Shown here: one piece after another, positions 40,538 through 50,775 of the stretch
Numbering within the stretch: the first letter of the stretch is position 1
Layout of the letters: every line of letters begins with the position of its first letter
DNA from: a virus
Virus record (IMG/VR): IMGVR_UViG_3300045988_112022
DNA: 64,000 nt
Strand: one strand, 5' to 3'
Made by a program: the position numbers and the translations under genes
The notes under the pieces: model-generated
What the model was told of the DNA's origin: nothing
The model's input: the letters and a program-made list of their open reading frames with translations, nothing else
The model's database searches: none

Positions 40538-40625
40538 ATGTATATCTCCTTCCAATACGATGATTGTATTGTAACAAGAGACGAATGTGAATGCAAGACA
40601 GTATGATAGAAATGAGGTGATATAA

Positions 40626-41087
40626 ATGGGAGATACAGAATTTTTAGCCCATCATGGTGTCCTTAACATGAAATGGGGAGTTCGACGATATCAGAACAAA
40701 GACGGAAGTCTCACTAGAGCCGGACAGAAAAAAGCTAAAAAAATGAAAGATAAGTATACGAAGCTCACCGGAAAACAGCTGAGAAGGAATCCGACTAAAA
40801 AATCGTCCACTCAAAAACCGAAGCAAAAAAGTATCAGCGAAATGTCTGATGAAGAAATTCGTACTAAAATCAACAGAATCAAACTGGAGCAGGAACTTGG
40901 GAGTTTGAGTCCTAAGAAAATTTCCCGCGGTAAAGCTTTTATAGATAAAGTAGCAAAAGACATAATCGCTCCAGCTGCAACAGATGTGGCTAAGCAGGTT
41001 GTAAATTCAAAACTTGCCGATGCGGCTAACCGTATATTCGGCTTAAGCGGAGATCTGAAAGTCCATACCAACAATAAGAAAAAATAG
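40626..41087 (+). CDS. Basic protein with HHGVLNMKWGVR N-terminal motif; alternative small-terminase candidate by position
   Basis: GAGGTGA RBS; Lys-rich; ends 12 nt before terL. Confidence 0.65.
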   Translation: MGDTEFLAHHGVLNMKWGVRRYQNKDGSLTRAGQKKAKKMKDKYTKLTGKQLRRNPTKKSSTQKPKQKSISEMSDEEIRTKINRIKLEQELGSLSPKKISRGKAFIDKVAKDIIAPAATDVAKQVVNSKLADAANRIFGLSGDLKVHTNNKKK

Positions 41088-41099
41088 GAGTAACAACAA

Positions 41100-42863
41100 A
41101 TGGCATTATCGAACACCGCCGTACCGAAGTATTATGGCATGTTTCGAGATGCCGTAATCCGGAGAGAAATCTCGGTTTGTGAAACGGTTTCATTGGAAAT
41201 GAATCGAATCGATCAGCTTATCGATAATCAAAGATATTGGTATGATGATCGGGCAGTTGAAGGATTTATCCACTATTGTGAGAATGAGCTCACTCTAACG
41301 GACGGTAGCGATTTATATCTCCTCGACTCTTTCAAGCTATGGGCTGAACAGATTTTTGGATGGTATTACTTCATTGAGCGCAGTGTTTTTGTTCCGTCAG
41401 AAACAGGCAGTGGTGGTCACTACGAAATGAGACGGATTAAGAAAAGGTTAACTACCAAGCAGTATTTAATTGTTGCTCGAGGCGCTGCGAAATCAATGTA
41501 TGCGTCCTGTTTGCAGAATTACGAACTGAACGTCAACACCGCGACAACTCATCAAGTAACAACTGCTCCGACTATGCCTCAGGCCGAAGAGGTTATGTCG
41601 CCAATTCGAACCGCCATCACCAGAGCAAGAGGGCCGTTGTATAAGTTTCTCACTGAAGGCTCGCTTCAGAACACGACTGGATCTAAGGCGAATCGTGTTA
41701 AACTGGCTTCGACTAAGAAAGGAATTCAGAATTTTTTAACCGGATCACTTTTGGAAGTCAGACCCATGTCCATTGATAAACTGCAGGGATTGCGTGTCAA
41801 GATTGCAACTGTTGACGAATGGCTTTCCGGAGATATACGGGAGGACGTCATCGGAGCATTGGAACAAGGTGCCGCAAAAGAGCAGAGTGGAGGTTCAAAT
41901 GATGATTACCTTATAGTTGCCATCAGCTCAGAAGGAACTGTCCGTAATGGATCTGGCGATACAATCAAAATGGAATTGATGAAGATACTCAAAGGTGAGT
42001 ATAAAGCTCCGCATACTTCCATTTGGTGGTATAAATTAGACTCCATTGATGAAGTTAACGATCCGGATAAATGGATTAAAGCAAATCCGAATCTCGGAAA
42101 GACTGTTACTTATGAAACTTATCAGCTGGATGTGGAACGAGCTGAGAACAACCCCGCAGTCCGCAATGATATTCTTGCCAAACGTTTTGGTATTCCTATG
42201 GAGGGATACACATATTACTTCACATATGAAGAAACTCTTCCGCATCGACGAAGAGAGTATTGGCAGATGCCTTGCTCTATGGGTGCGGATTTATCCCAGG
42301 GAGATGACTTCTGTTCATTTACATTTTTATTCCCGTTATCGAATGGTGCTTTCGGTATAAAAACCCGAAATTACATATCCGAGCTCACTCTGAGCAAACT
42401 TCCCACAGCAATGCGAATCAAATACAACGATTTTATGAAAGAGGGCAGTCTTATTGTTATGCCCGGAAATATTCTCGACATGATGCAGGTGTATGAAGAT
42501 CTTGACAATTTCATAGCCGAAGCAGAATACGACGTTCGTTGTTTGGGATATGACCCGTATAATGCCAGAGACTTCGTGGAGAGGTGGGAACGGGAAAATG
42601 GACCGTTTGGAATTGAAAAAGTCATCCAGGGAGCTAAGACAGAATCAGTCCCGCTTGGTGAGCTGAAGAAACTGTCTGAGGAAAGAATGCTTATTTTTGA
42701 TGAGGCTCTTATGTCATTTACCATGGGTAACTGCATCGCAATAGAAGACACAAATGGAAACCGTAAATTGTTGAAACGACGACATGAAGCGAAGATCGAT
42801 GCTGTCGCGGCTATGATGGATGCTTTTGTCGCCTTCAAATTAAACAGAGAAGCTTTTGAATAA
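41100..42863 (+). CDS. terL: Terminase large subunit
   Basis: 587 aa. P-loop-like VARGAAKS, Walker B IATVDEW, C-terminal nuclease region with DAVAAMMDA. Upstream of portal. Confidence 0.85.
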   Translation: MALSNTAVPKYYGMFRDAVIRREISVCETVSLEMNRIDQLIDNQRYWYDDRAVEGFIHYCENELTLTDGSDLYLLDSFKLWAEQIFGWYYFIERSVFVPSETGSGGHYEMRRIKKRLTTKQYLIVARGAAKSMYASCLQNYELNVNTATTHQVTTAPTMPQAEEVMSPIRTAITRARGPLYKFLTEGSLQNTTGSKANRVKLASTKKGIQNFLTGSLLEVRPMSIDKLQGLRVKIATVDEWLSGDIREDVIGALEQGAAKEQSGGSNDDYLIVAISSEGTVRNGSGDTIKMELMKILKGEYKAPHTSIWWYKLDSIDEVNDPDKWIKANPNLGKTVTYETYQLDVERAENNPAVRNDILAKRFGIPMEGYTYYFTYEETLPHRRREYWQMPCSMGADLSQGDDFCSFTFLFPLSNGAFGIKTRNYISELTLSKLPTAMRIKYNDFMKEGSLIVMPGNILDMMQVYEDLDNFIAEAEYDVRCLGYDPYNARDFVERWERENGPFGIEKVIQGAKTESVPLGELKKLSEERMLIFDEALMSFTMGNCIAIEDTNGNRKLLKRRHEAKIDAVAAMMDAFVAFKLNREAFE

Positions 42864-42873
42864 GGAGATTGAC

Positions 42874-43122
42874 ATGGAATTGAAAGACACAATCGAACTC
42901 ATGAACAGTTCTGATTATAAAGAACGATTTAAAGCCGAGTATCTTCAGGTGAAGATCCGGTATGACAAATTACATAAGATGCTTGTTAAGTGGGATGCAG
43001 GCACTCTTAACTTCACACCGACATGTGCCAAAGCACTTTTGCTGGAGCAGAAACGGTATATGGGAGAATATATCCGTTGTTTGCAGGTAAGAGCTGAAGT
43101 AGAAGGCATTGAACTTGAGTAA
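42874..43122 (+). CDS. Hypothetical protein
   Basis: AAGGAG RBS before ATG 42874. Confidence 0.6.
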   Translation: MELKDTIELMNSSDYKERFKAEYLQVKIRYDKLHKMLVKWDAGTLNFTPTCAKALLLEQKRYMGEYIRCLQVRAEVEGIELE

Positions 43123-43240
43123 TATGGAGGCGAAATATGAACAACGATGAATTAATGCAGTTGCTACGGCTGGTGCTATCGGTAGAAATTATCTTATAGA
43201 CCATGCAATAGATTCGTTTTCTTAATTACAAGGAGATTTT

Positions 43241-44491
43241 ATGTCATTAAATTTAAGCACTAGGCTTGCTCATGCCTGGAACGCATTCACCAGTCGTGAC
43301 CCAACCCAGTATATAATCACTGGTCCGGGATATTCCTCACGTCCTGATAGACCACGGCTTAGTAGAGGAAATGAGAAATCAATAGCAACGTCCATATTTA
43401 ACAGGATTGCTCTTGATGTATCATCCGTTAATATCAAACATTGTCGATTGGATAAGAACGGACGCTATGTAGAAGATATTGATTCCGGTTTGAATAATTG
43501 CCTTAATTTAGAGGCAAACAAAGATCAGACAGGCCGGGCTTTCATTCAGGATGTAGTATTATCGATGCTCGATGAGGGTTGCGTAGCATTGGTTCCAGTC
43601 GAAACCACCATCGACCCGAAAAGTTCGAATTCGTACCAGATTGATTCCATGCGAACCGGAAAGATTACGGAATGGTATCCAGATATGGTAAGGGTTCGTT
43701 TGTACAATGACCGAACCGGCGAAAAAGAAGAGATTTTACTCCCTAAAAACCAGGTGGCCATTATCGAAAATCCGCTATATGCAGTGGTCAACGAATACAA
43801 CTCAACCATGCAGCGTCTTATAAGAAAACTCAGTTTATTGGATGTGACAGATGAACAAACGGCATCCGGAAAACTGGATTTGATTATACAGCTTCCGTAT
43901 GTAATAAAGACGGAGGCCCGACGTGAGCAGGTTGAGCGAAGGCGAAAAGATATTATCAATCAGTTGGCTGGTTCTCAGTATGGCATTGCATATACGGATG
44001 GAACAGAGAAAATCACCCAGTTGAATCGTTCATTGGAAAACAATCTGCTCAAACAGGTTGAATACCTTACCAACATGGTTTATAGCCAGCTTGGCATTAC
44101 CCAGTCAGTGCTCGATGGTACGGCTGATGAAAAAACAATGCTGAATTATATGAATCGCACAGTCGAGCCAATAATTTCGGCCATTGTTGATGAATTAAAA
44201 CGAAAATTTCTCACAAAGACCGCTCGGTCGCAGTTACAGTCTATTGTCTATTTCAGAGATCCATTCCGACTGGTTCCAGTCAATGATATCGCAGAAATCG
44301 CTGATAAGTTTACACGTAACGAAATCATGACCTCCAATGAGATCCGTCAGATCGTTGGTATGCAACCATCTAAAGATCCGAAGGCAGATAAGTTAGTCAA
44401 CAGCAACATCAGTCAAGCTAAGCAGGACATGTCTCAGACTTCTAGCGCTACCGAAGCATATGAAGAAGGAGGATACAGTCAAAATGGTTAA
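43241..44491 (+). CDS. Portal protein
   Basis: 416 aa, lying between terL and the protease-capsid gene. AAGGAG RBS. Confidence 0.7.
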   Translation: MSLNLSTRLAHAWNAFTSRDPTQYIITGPGYSSRPDRPRLSRGNEKSIATSIFNRIALDVSSVNIKHCRLDKNGRYVEDIDSGLNNCLNLEANKDQTGRAFIQDVVLSMLDEGCVALVPVETTIDPKSSNSYQIDSMRTGKITEWYPDMVRVRLYNDRTGEKEEILLPKNQVAIIENPLYAVVNEYNSTMQRLIRKLSLLDVTDEQTASGKLDLIIQLPYVIKTEARREQVERRRKDIINQLAGSQYGIAYTDGTEKITQLNRSLENNLLKQVEYLTNMVYSQLGITQSVLDGTADEKTMLNYMNRTVEPIISAIVDELKRKFLTKTARSQLQSIVYFRDPFRLVPVNDIAEIADKFTRNEIMTSNEIRQIVGMQPSKDPKADKLVNSNISQAKQDMSQTSSATEAYEEGGYSQNG

Positions 44492-46292
44492 ATGCGATTT
44501 CAGTGGTTATGCCACTAGGAACGATCTGCTCTGTGGCGATGGGCGAACGATTCGAAAAGATGCGTTTAAGGAGAACGACGGCTGCGAAGTCCCGCTTATC
44601 TGGAATCATGAACACAATGATCCAAATGCGGTACTTGGACACGCTGTTCTTGAAAATCGTGAAGATGGTGTATATGCCTACGGAGTGTTCAACGATACCG
44701 AACAGGGGCAGACCGCGAAGAAACTTGTCCAGAATGGCGATGTACGATCACTGTCTATTTGGGCGAATCAGTTAAAACATATCGGTAAAGATGTGATCCA
44801 CGGAAACATCAGAGAACTCAGTCTCGTATTGGCTGGAGCTAATCCTGGTGCCTACGTGGATTTTATTATGGCGCATAGCGCAGACGGCGAAGAAGAGCTT
44901 GAAGCATCCTGGGATGAAAACATTATGCTCTATCATTCCGCTGATGCTGAAAACAACCAGAAAGGAGATTCAAAAGTGGCAGAAGAAAAGAAAAATGAGG
45001 GAGTGAAAACTGGAGAAAAAACAATTAAGGAGATTCTTAACACCCTTAATGACGAGCAGAAAGATGCGGTAGCAGCTGTTGTAGGCATGGCTCTCGAAGA
45101 AAACGGAGTAGACGACTCCGATGACGATGATGAAGAAGGAGGAAAAGTAGTGAAACATAATGTATTTGACAATGAAGATACAAACCAGGGCACTGTACTG
45201 AGTCATTCCGATGAGCAGAGAATCATCTCTATGGCTAAGCATAGCAATGTCGGAACATTGAAACAGGCGATGAAGATTTTCGCAGAGGAAAACTCTGACA
45301 CACTTGCTCATGGTGTATTCGACGATGAAGTGGAAGCTCTGTTCCCAGAATATGAGCTTCTGAAAAAAGGTGAGCCGGATACTCTCGAAAGAGATCAGAC
45401 ATGGATTGATTCTGTAATGTCTAAAATCCATAAATCTCCGTACAGCAGAATCCGTACTCGCCAGGCTGATGCTCGTATTGCAGATCTGAAAGCTAAAGGA
45501 TACCAGAAGAAAGGTAATTACAAAGAGGACATGGCTAAGATCAAACTTCTCAGCCGTACCACTGATCCTCAGACAGTATACATCAAAGATCAGATGCACC
45601 GAGACGATGTGGTAGATATTACAGATTTCGACGTAGTTGCTTACCAGTGGAAGATGATGAGACATGTTCTGAACGAGGAGCTCGCTATGGCAGCACTTGT
45701 CGGTGACGGACGTGAAGATGGTGATCCGGACAAAATCCATGAGGATCATATTCGTTCCATCTGGCATGACGACGAGCTGTACTGCATCCATCAGGACGTT
45801 GACTTCGAAGCAGCCAAAACCAAACTGCAGGGTACCAACACTGGAGCAAACTTCAGCGAGAACTACATCAAGGCAGAGGCTATGATCGAAGCTGCACTGT
45901 ATTCCAGAGAAAAATTCAAAGGCACAGGTACACCGGATCTGTACTGTACACCGCACCTGCTGAACGTAATGCTTCTGGCAAGAGACCTTAACGGTCGTCG
46001 TATTTACGATTCCAAAGCAGATCTTGCTGCAGCGCTCAATGTAGCATCTATCCAGACTGTTGAACAGTTTGAGGGTCTGGAGAGAACATCCAACGGTGGT
46101 AAGAAGAAACTGCTTGGTCTGTTTGTAAACCTGGCAGACTATCAGTTCGGTTCCACCAGAGGTGGTGAAGTTACCAAGTTCGAAGATTTCGACATGGACT
46201 TCAACCGCTACAAATACATGCTGGAGACAAGACTCTCCGGTGCGCTTACTCAGGTATATTCCGCTATCGCTCTTGAGGAACCGGTAGCCTAA
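44484..46292 (+). CDS. Prohead serine protease (HK97/S78-like) fused to an acidic linker and an HK97-fold major capsid protein
   Basis: GAAGGAGG RBS before ATG 44484. GYATRNDLLCGDGRTIRKDAF..PLIWNHEH..SLSIWAN protease core, a DDSDDDDEEGG linker, and a C-terminal ~350-aa capsid-like region. Confidence 0.7.
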   Translation: MVKCDFSGYATRNDLLCGDGRTIRKDAFKENDGCEVPLIWNHEHNDPNAVLGHAVLENREDGVYAYGVFNDTEQGQTAKKLVQNGDVRSLSIWANQLKHIGKDVIHGNIRELSLVLAGANPGAYVDFIMAHSADGEEELEASWDENIMLYHSADAENNQKGDSKVAEEKKNEGVKTGEKTIKEILNTLNDEQKDAVAAVVGMALEENGVDDSDDDDEEGGKVVKHNVFDNEDTNQGTVLSHSDEQRIISMAKHSNVGTLKQAMKIFAEENSDTLAHGVFDDEVEALFPEYELLKKGEPDTLERDQTWIDSVMSKIHKSPYSRIRTRQADARIADLKAKGYQKKGNYKEDMAKIKLLSRTTDPQTVYIKDQMHRDDVVDITDFDVVAYQWKMMRHVLNEELAMAALVGDGREDGDPDKIHEDHIRSIWHDDELYCIHQDVDFEAAKTKLQGTNTGANFSENYIKAEAMIEAALYSREKFKGTGTPDLYCTPHLLNVMLLARDLNGRRIYDSKADLAAALNVASIQTVEQFEGLERTSNGGKKKLLGLFVNLADYQFGSTRGGEVTKFEDFDMDFNRYKYMLETRLSGALTQVYSAIALEEPVA

Positions 46293-46313
46293 ATCGCATA
46301 AGGAGGATAAGCC

Positions 46314-46604
46314 ATGATCGAAAAAATTCGTCCAGTCGCTGACGACGTGAATGTCGCAGTGAGAAAAGTTTACGGAAAAGCAAACGATGCATATGCATAT
46401 TATGATTCTGCTTGTAAGAACAAAGTGACTTGCGCTGAGCTGCAGGATGCGTATATCAAAGGACTTATGATCGATGTTGCCGGTACATTATATAAACCGG
46501 TCAGCTGTGCTGTTGCCGGAAATGTGGCGACTGTCACATATGTGACGACAGATTCTGCTACAGCCACAACAGCCAAACTTGCGACAGTTAAGTCTGACAA
46601 ATGA
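46314..46604 (+). CDS. Small structural protein (unknown role)
   Basis: AAGGAGG RBS; 96 aa, immediately after the capsid gene. Confidence 0.6.
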   Translation: MIEKIRPVADDVNVAVRKVYGKANDAYAYYDSACKNKVTCAELQDAYIKGLMIDVAGTLYKPVSCAVAGNVATVTYVTTDSATATTAKLATVKSDK

Positions 46605-46621
46605 TCAAGGAGTGAATCGAT

Positions 46622-46960
46622 ATGAGTAAATGGTTCGGCAAGATAGGATTCACTCTTCCGGTAAGGGAAATTGAGCCTGGGGTATGGGATAACCCTGTTG
46701 AAGAGCATGAGTATTATGGCGACATGACGAGCAATCGCTGGAAACGTCAGAGCTCAGGTGAGATCAATGATAATCTCAACCTTGCGAATGTTCTGAGCAT
46801 CTTGGCCGACCCATTTGCTTTCGGGAATCATTCTTGTATAGCATATGTTGATATCCTGGGGACGAAATGGAAAGTAACTGATGTTGAACTCCAATATCCC
46901 AGGATGATCTTATCTATAGGAGGTATTTGGAATGGGAACTCGCCTGGAGCTACAGAATAA
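46622..46960 (+). CDS. Head-tail joining module protein (unknown family)
   Basis: 112-aa ORF in the structural operon. Confidence 0.6.
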   Translation: MSKWFGKIGFTLPVREIEPGVWDNPVEEHEYYGDMTSNRWKRQSSGEINDNLNLANVLSILADPFAFGNHSCIAYVDILGTKWKVTDVELQYPRMILSIGGIWNGNSPGATE

Positions 46961-47237
46961 GTTGGAAGAACTGCTTGGTTCCAGGCATGTTTATTTCCAA
47001 CCACCTGAATCAGTCAAAATGGAATACCCAGCGATTAAGTATTCTATGACAAGTATAAAAAAAGACAAAGCTGATAACACAGCTTACTTACTTACCAAAA
47101 AATACAGCGTGGTAGTGATCGATAAGAAACCTGATAATCAAGTTATCTCTAAATTGTTGATGATTCCATATTGTGCTTATGATACGTCATATAAATCCGA
47201 GAATCTCTACCACGATGTATTAACACTATATTTCTAA
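46932..47237 (+). CDS. Head-tail joining module protein (unknown family)
   Basis: AGGAGG RBS; 101 aa. Confidence 0.6.
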   Translation: MGTRLELQNKLEELLGSRHVYFQPPESVKMEYPAIKYSMTSIKKDKADNTAYLLTKKYSVVVIDKKPDNQVISKLLMIPYCAYDTSYKSENLYHDVLTLYF

Positions 47238-47250
47238 GGAGGAAAAAGAA

Positions 47251-47910
47251 ATGTTCAAACTTGTATGGGACGAAGTCGGTAAAAGACTTTACGAAACCGG
47301 TGTCAGCAAGGGCGTTTTATATCCGCAGTCTAATGGCACATATCCGAAAGGTGTTGCCTGGAGCGGACTTACAGCAGTAAATGAGGCTCCGGAAGGCGCT
47401 GAGGCAAACCCTATGTATGCTGACAACATTAAGTATCTCAATATTCTGTCCGCAGAAGAGTTTAAAGCCACTATCGAAGCGTATACATATCCCGATGAAT
47501 TTAAACCGTGCATTGGCGCAGAGGAGCTTGTCGAAGGAGTATCTCTTGGTCAGCAGGATCACGTTCCGTTTGGTTTCTCTTATCAGACAATCATCGGCAA
47601 TGATACTGAAAACAATTCTCATGGTTATAAGATTCATGTTGTATACGGTTGCTTAGCTGCGCCATCTGCAGCTGACTATCAGTCGGTTAATGATAGTCCG
47701 GAAGCAGCGACTATGTCTTGGGAAATTTCCACAACACCTGTATCAGTAGCTGGGTTTAAGCCTACAGCAACTCTGGTGTTCGATTCCACCAAACTTAGCG
47801 AAAAGAAGATGGCTGCCATTGAGAAAGTTCTGTATGGTGACGCAGACACTGAAGCACGTCTTCCGTTACCGGATGAAGTAAAAACTATCATTACTGCAGT
47901 AACAGAGTAA
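47251..47910 (+). CDS. Major tail protein
   Basis: AAGGAGG RBS. GVLYPQ..GVAWSGLTAVNEAPEGAE N-terminus. Followed by a strong hairpin and the chaperone/TMP genes. Confidence 0.65.
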   Translation: MFKLVWDEVGKRLYETGVSKGVLYPQSNGTYPKGVAWSGLTAVNEAPEGAEANPMYADNIKYLNILSAEEFKATIEAYTYPDEFKPCIGAEELVEGVSLGQQDHVPFGFSYQTIIGNDTENNSHGYKIHVVYGCLAAPSAADYQSVNDSPEAATMSWEISTTPVSVAGFKPTATLVFDSTKLSEKKMAAIEKVLYGDADTEARLPLPDEVKTIITAVTE

Positions 47911-47924
47911 AATGGAATCGTTTT

Positions 47925-47955
47925 AGAGGCCCAACATACAGGGCCTCTTTTTTTA
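47925..47955 (+). terminator. Hairpin + T-run after the major tail gene (attenuating terminator)
   Basis: AGAGGCCC-AACATACA-GGGCCTCT followed by TTTTTTT. Confidence 0.65.
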
Positions 47956-47974
47956 ATATGAAAGGAGAAAGAAT

Positions 47975-48394
47975 ATGTTTAAGAAAACCATTACATATGA
48001 AGACTACAACGGAGTAAAGAGGACCGAAGACTTTCATTTCCACTTCAGCAAAGCCGAGATCATCGAAATGCAGCTGAGTACAGCCGGTGGCCTGGATGCT
48101 ACCATCAAAAGAATTGTAGCAGCGAATAATGAGCCTGAGATCATCAAGTATTTCAAAGATCTGGTTCTCAAAGCATACGGCGAAAAGAGTGCCGATGGAC
48201 GAAGATTTATGAAGAGTCCGGAGATCTCCAGAGCTTTCGCTGAGACTGAGGCATATTCGGTCCTGTTTATGGAATTGGCAACAGATGCAAAAGCCGCCGC
48301 AGAGTTTGTTAACGGTTTATTACCGGCTGATGTCAGAGAGCAGGCCAAAGTCGAGGCTGACAAAATCGTAGCAGGCCAGTTTCCGGAGGCGTAA
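47975..48394 (+). CDS. Tail assembly chaperone-like protein
   Basis: AAAGGAG RBS; 139 aa between the major tail and TMP genes. Confidence 0.5.
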   Translation: MFKKTITYEDYNGVKRTEDFHFHFSKAEIIEMQLSTAGGLDATIKRIVAANNEPEIIKYFKDLVLKAYGEKSADGRRFMKSPEISRAFAETEAYSVLFMELATDAKAAAEFVNGLLPADVREQAKVEADKIVAGQFPEA

Positions 48395-48423
48395 CAAAGA
48401 AGAAAACTATGGAGGGATAAGAG

Positions 48424-48981
48424 ATGCTTGAGATAACCGTTCCGGCACAAGAAGTGTGGGATGATGAAAAAGAAGAATTCGTATTCTCGTCAGCTTTCAA
48501 AGAATGGCATTTACAATTAGAACATTCTCTTGTCTCTCTGTCAAAATGGGAACGTAAATGGCATAAACCATTCTTCAGTAAGAGAGACAAAACGTTACCC
48601 GAAATCATAGATTATATCAAATGCATGACTATCACTAAGAACGTTCCGTCCGAGGTGTATGATCGCATTTCTAAAAGTCAAACTCTGATTGATCAGATAT
48701 CAGCTTATATAGACGACCCGATGACAGCTACCACTTTTCGCAATGATCCATCAAAACGAGGAAGCCGCGAGGGCATAACAGCAGAGTTGATTTATTACTG
48801 GATGATTTCACAAGGCATTCCAGTGGAGTTTGAAAAGTGGCATATAAACAGCTTATTGACTTTAATCAGAGTTTGCAATGTTAAAAATTCACCAGGTAAA
48901 AAAATGAGTGCAGCTGATATTACAAGACGCAATGAAGCACTGAATAAAGCTCGTCGAGCAAAACATCATTCAAAGGGGTGA
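48424..48981 (+). CDS. Phage Gp15-like tail assembly protein
   Basis: LQLEHSLVSLSKWERKWHKPFF resembles the Gp15 family usually found just before tape measure genes. Confidence 0.5.
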   Translation: MLEITVPAQEVWDDEKEEFVFSSAFKEWHLQLEHSLVSLSKWERKWHKPFFSKRDKTLPEIIDYIKCMTITKNVPSEVYDRISKSQTLIDQISAYIDDPMTATTFRNDPSKRGSREGITAELIYYWMISQGIPVEFEKWHINSLLTLIRVCNVKNSPGKKMSAADITRRNEALNKARRAKHHSKG

Positions 48982-48985
48982 TCGA

Positions 48986-50386
48986 ATGAAAAAAGGAATT
49001 GATATTAGTTATCATCAGGGATCGATTAATTTCGCGCAAGTCAAAAAAGCAGGAATCGATTTCGCCATCTTACGATCAAGCTATCGCAAGACAACTGATA
49101 CTCGATTTTTCGAATACGCGAAAAAATGTAAATCTGCGAAACTTCCTATTAAGGGGGTTTATCATTTCATCTATGCGCTTAGTGAAACACAGGCGTTGGC
49201 TGAAGCTCAGTTTTGTATTTCTCAGGTCAAAAAAGCAGGTCTCGGAAAAGACATCTATATTTTTGCCGACTTCGAGTATGACACTGTCAATAAAGCCAAG
49301 AAAGCTGGAGTCACTTTAGGGAAGGCAGAATGCAATAAGTTCACCGAGATTTTCTGTAGCTATGTGAAATCTCAGGGATACAAAACAGGTATTTACACCA
49401 ACATTGATTACTATAAGAACTGGTATTCGAAGAGCTTACTCTCAAAGTATCCGGTTTGGCTTGCAGATTATGAGGGTGGCCCAGATTTCGCTTGCATTAT
49501 CCAGCAGTTTACAAGCTCCGGTCGAGTAGCCGGAATTAGCGGGAATGTCGACATGGATCACTGGTATGGTGAGTCTACAGGCTCTGCCAAAGTTCGCTCC
49601 CGACAGGCAGTAGTAGATCTCATTTGTTCTTGGGAAGGCCTAAACGAAGCCGATGGTTCTTATAAGAAAATCGTGGATATTTACAATTCATATACCGGTT
49701 CATTTCCGCGCGGTGTAAAGATGCAGTATGGATGGGCTTGGTGTGCTTGTACGTGGTCAGCGACAGCGATTAAGCTCGGCTATACAGACATCATGCCGAT
49801 TGAAATCGGATGCGAAGAGCTCATTAACCGGGCAAAGAAAATGGGTTGTTGGGTAGAAGCAGACGGCTATGTAGCCAATATCGGCGACGCCGTTTTATAT
49901 GACTGGAATGATAACGGAGTTGGCGACTGTACCGGTTATGCCGATCATATCGGAATCATCATCGAGGTGAATAAATCTCAGGGTTATTTCATCGTAATGG
50001 AGGGCAACTACAAGGATTCAGTCCGTAGACGCAAACTTTCCATCAATGGTCGATATATCCGAGGTTTTGTTACTCCGAAATACACAGACAATACTATAAC
50101 GTACGTCCCGCCGACAAAGACGGACACGTCAGTGAAATCTGAAAGGAGCGGTTACATGTTTAATCCAGAAGTTGTAAAGAACGGCAGTAAAGGAACCTCT
50201 GTTCTTTTAGCGCAGGAAATCCTCAGAGCCCGTGGTTTTAAAGGAGAAGATGGAAAAGAGCTTAGTCTTGATAGAGAGGCTGGTTCAAACACCGTTTACG
50301 CTATCAAACAGTACCAGAAGTCCAGAGGACTTACTGCAAATGGTATTTGCGGTACAAATACATGGAAAGATCTTATCGCAATTTAA
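48986..50386 (+). CDS. Three-domain peptidoglycan hydrolase: GH25 muramidase + CHAP/NlpC-like amidase/peptidase + PG_binding_1
   Basis: GIDISYHQGSINFAQVKKAGIDFAILR (GH25). WAWCACTWSA...ADHIGIII..MEGN (Cys-His). C-terminal SVLLAQEILRARGF..YAIKQYQKSRGLTANGICG. Confidence 0.8.
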   Translation: MKKGIDISYHQGSINFAQVKKAGIDFAILRSSYRKTTDTRFFEYAKKCKSAKLPIKGVYHFIYALSETQALAEAQFCISQVKKAGLGKDIYIFADFEYDTVNKAKKAGVTLGKAECNKFTEIFCSYVKSQGYKTGIYTNIDYYKNWYSKSLLSKYPVWLADYEGGPDFACIIQQFTSSGRVAGISGNVDMDHWYGESTGSAKVRSRQAVVDLICSWEGLNEADGSYKKIVDIYNSYTGSFPRGVKMQYGWAWCACTWSATAIKLGYTDIMPIEIGCEELINRAKKMGCWVEADGYVANIGDAVLYDWNDNGVGDCTGYADHIGIIIEVNKSQGYFIVMEGNYKDSVRRRKLSINGRYIRGFVTPKYTDNTITYVPPTKTDTSVKSERSGYMFNPEVVKNGSKGTSVLLAQEILRARGFKGEDGKELSLDREAGSNTVYAIKQYQKSRGLTANGICGTNTWKDLIAI

Positions 50387-50397
50387 TGAGGTAACAC

Positions 50398-50775
50398 ATG
50401 ATTGAATTCAGACAAAAGGGAGATTTCTCAAAACTCTCGAGATATCTCGAAAGAGTTAAGGAAGCGGCTAAAATCGGCGACCTGGATAAGTATGGGCGAG
50501 CTGGCGTAGCCGCCCTTTCGTCTGCAACGCCGACTGATACCGGTAAGACTGCCGCTTCATGGACATACGTGATAAAACGTCAAAATGGATCTGTATCCAT
50601 AGAATTTCATAACACCAATGTTAACAAAGGAATTCCAATCGCTATTATTTTGCAGTATGGACATGCGACTGGAACCGGAGGCTGGGTAGAAGGAAGAGAT
50701 TACATCAATCCTGCTATTCAGCCTATTTTTGACCAAATTGCTGAAAGCGCATGGAAGGAGGTTACTAAGAAATGA
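50398..50775 (+). CDS. HK97 gp10-like tail/neck component
   Basis: ATPTDTGKTAASWTY...ILQYGHATG..INPAIQP pattern. Confidence 0.45.
   Translation: MIEFRQKGDFSKLSRYLERVKEAAKIGDLDKYGRAGVAALSSATPTDTGKTAASWTYVIKRQNGSVSIEFHNTNVNKGIPIAIILQYGHATGTGGWVEGRDYINPAIQPIFDQIAESAWKEVTKK

Noticed and set aside
44970-45956. 328-aa minus-strand ORF inside the protease-capsid gene
   Set aside because: It has no RBS and an implausible Cys/Phe-rich translation, and it is antisense to a gene with clear protease and capsid motifs.
47975-48981. Canonical -1 programmed frameshift (G/GT) between the two genes preceding the TMP region
   Set aside because: The first ORF ends 29 nt before the second, which has its own GGAGGG RBS and ATG. 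I saw no slippery heptamer with an overlapping -1 frame.
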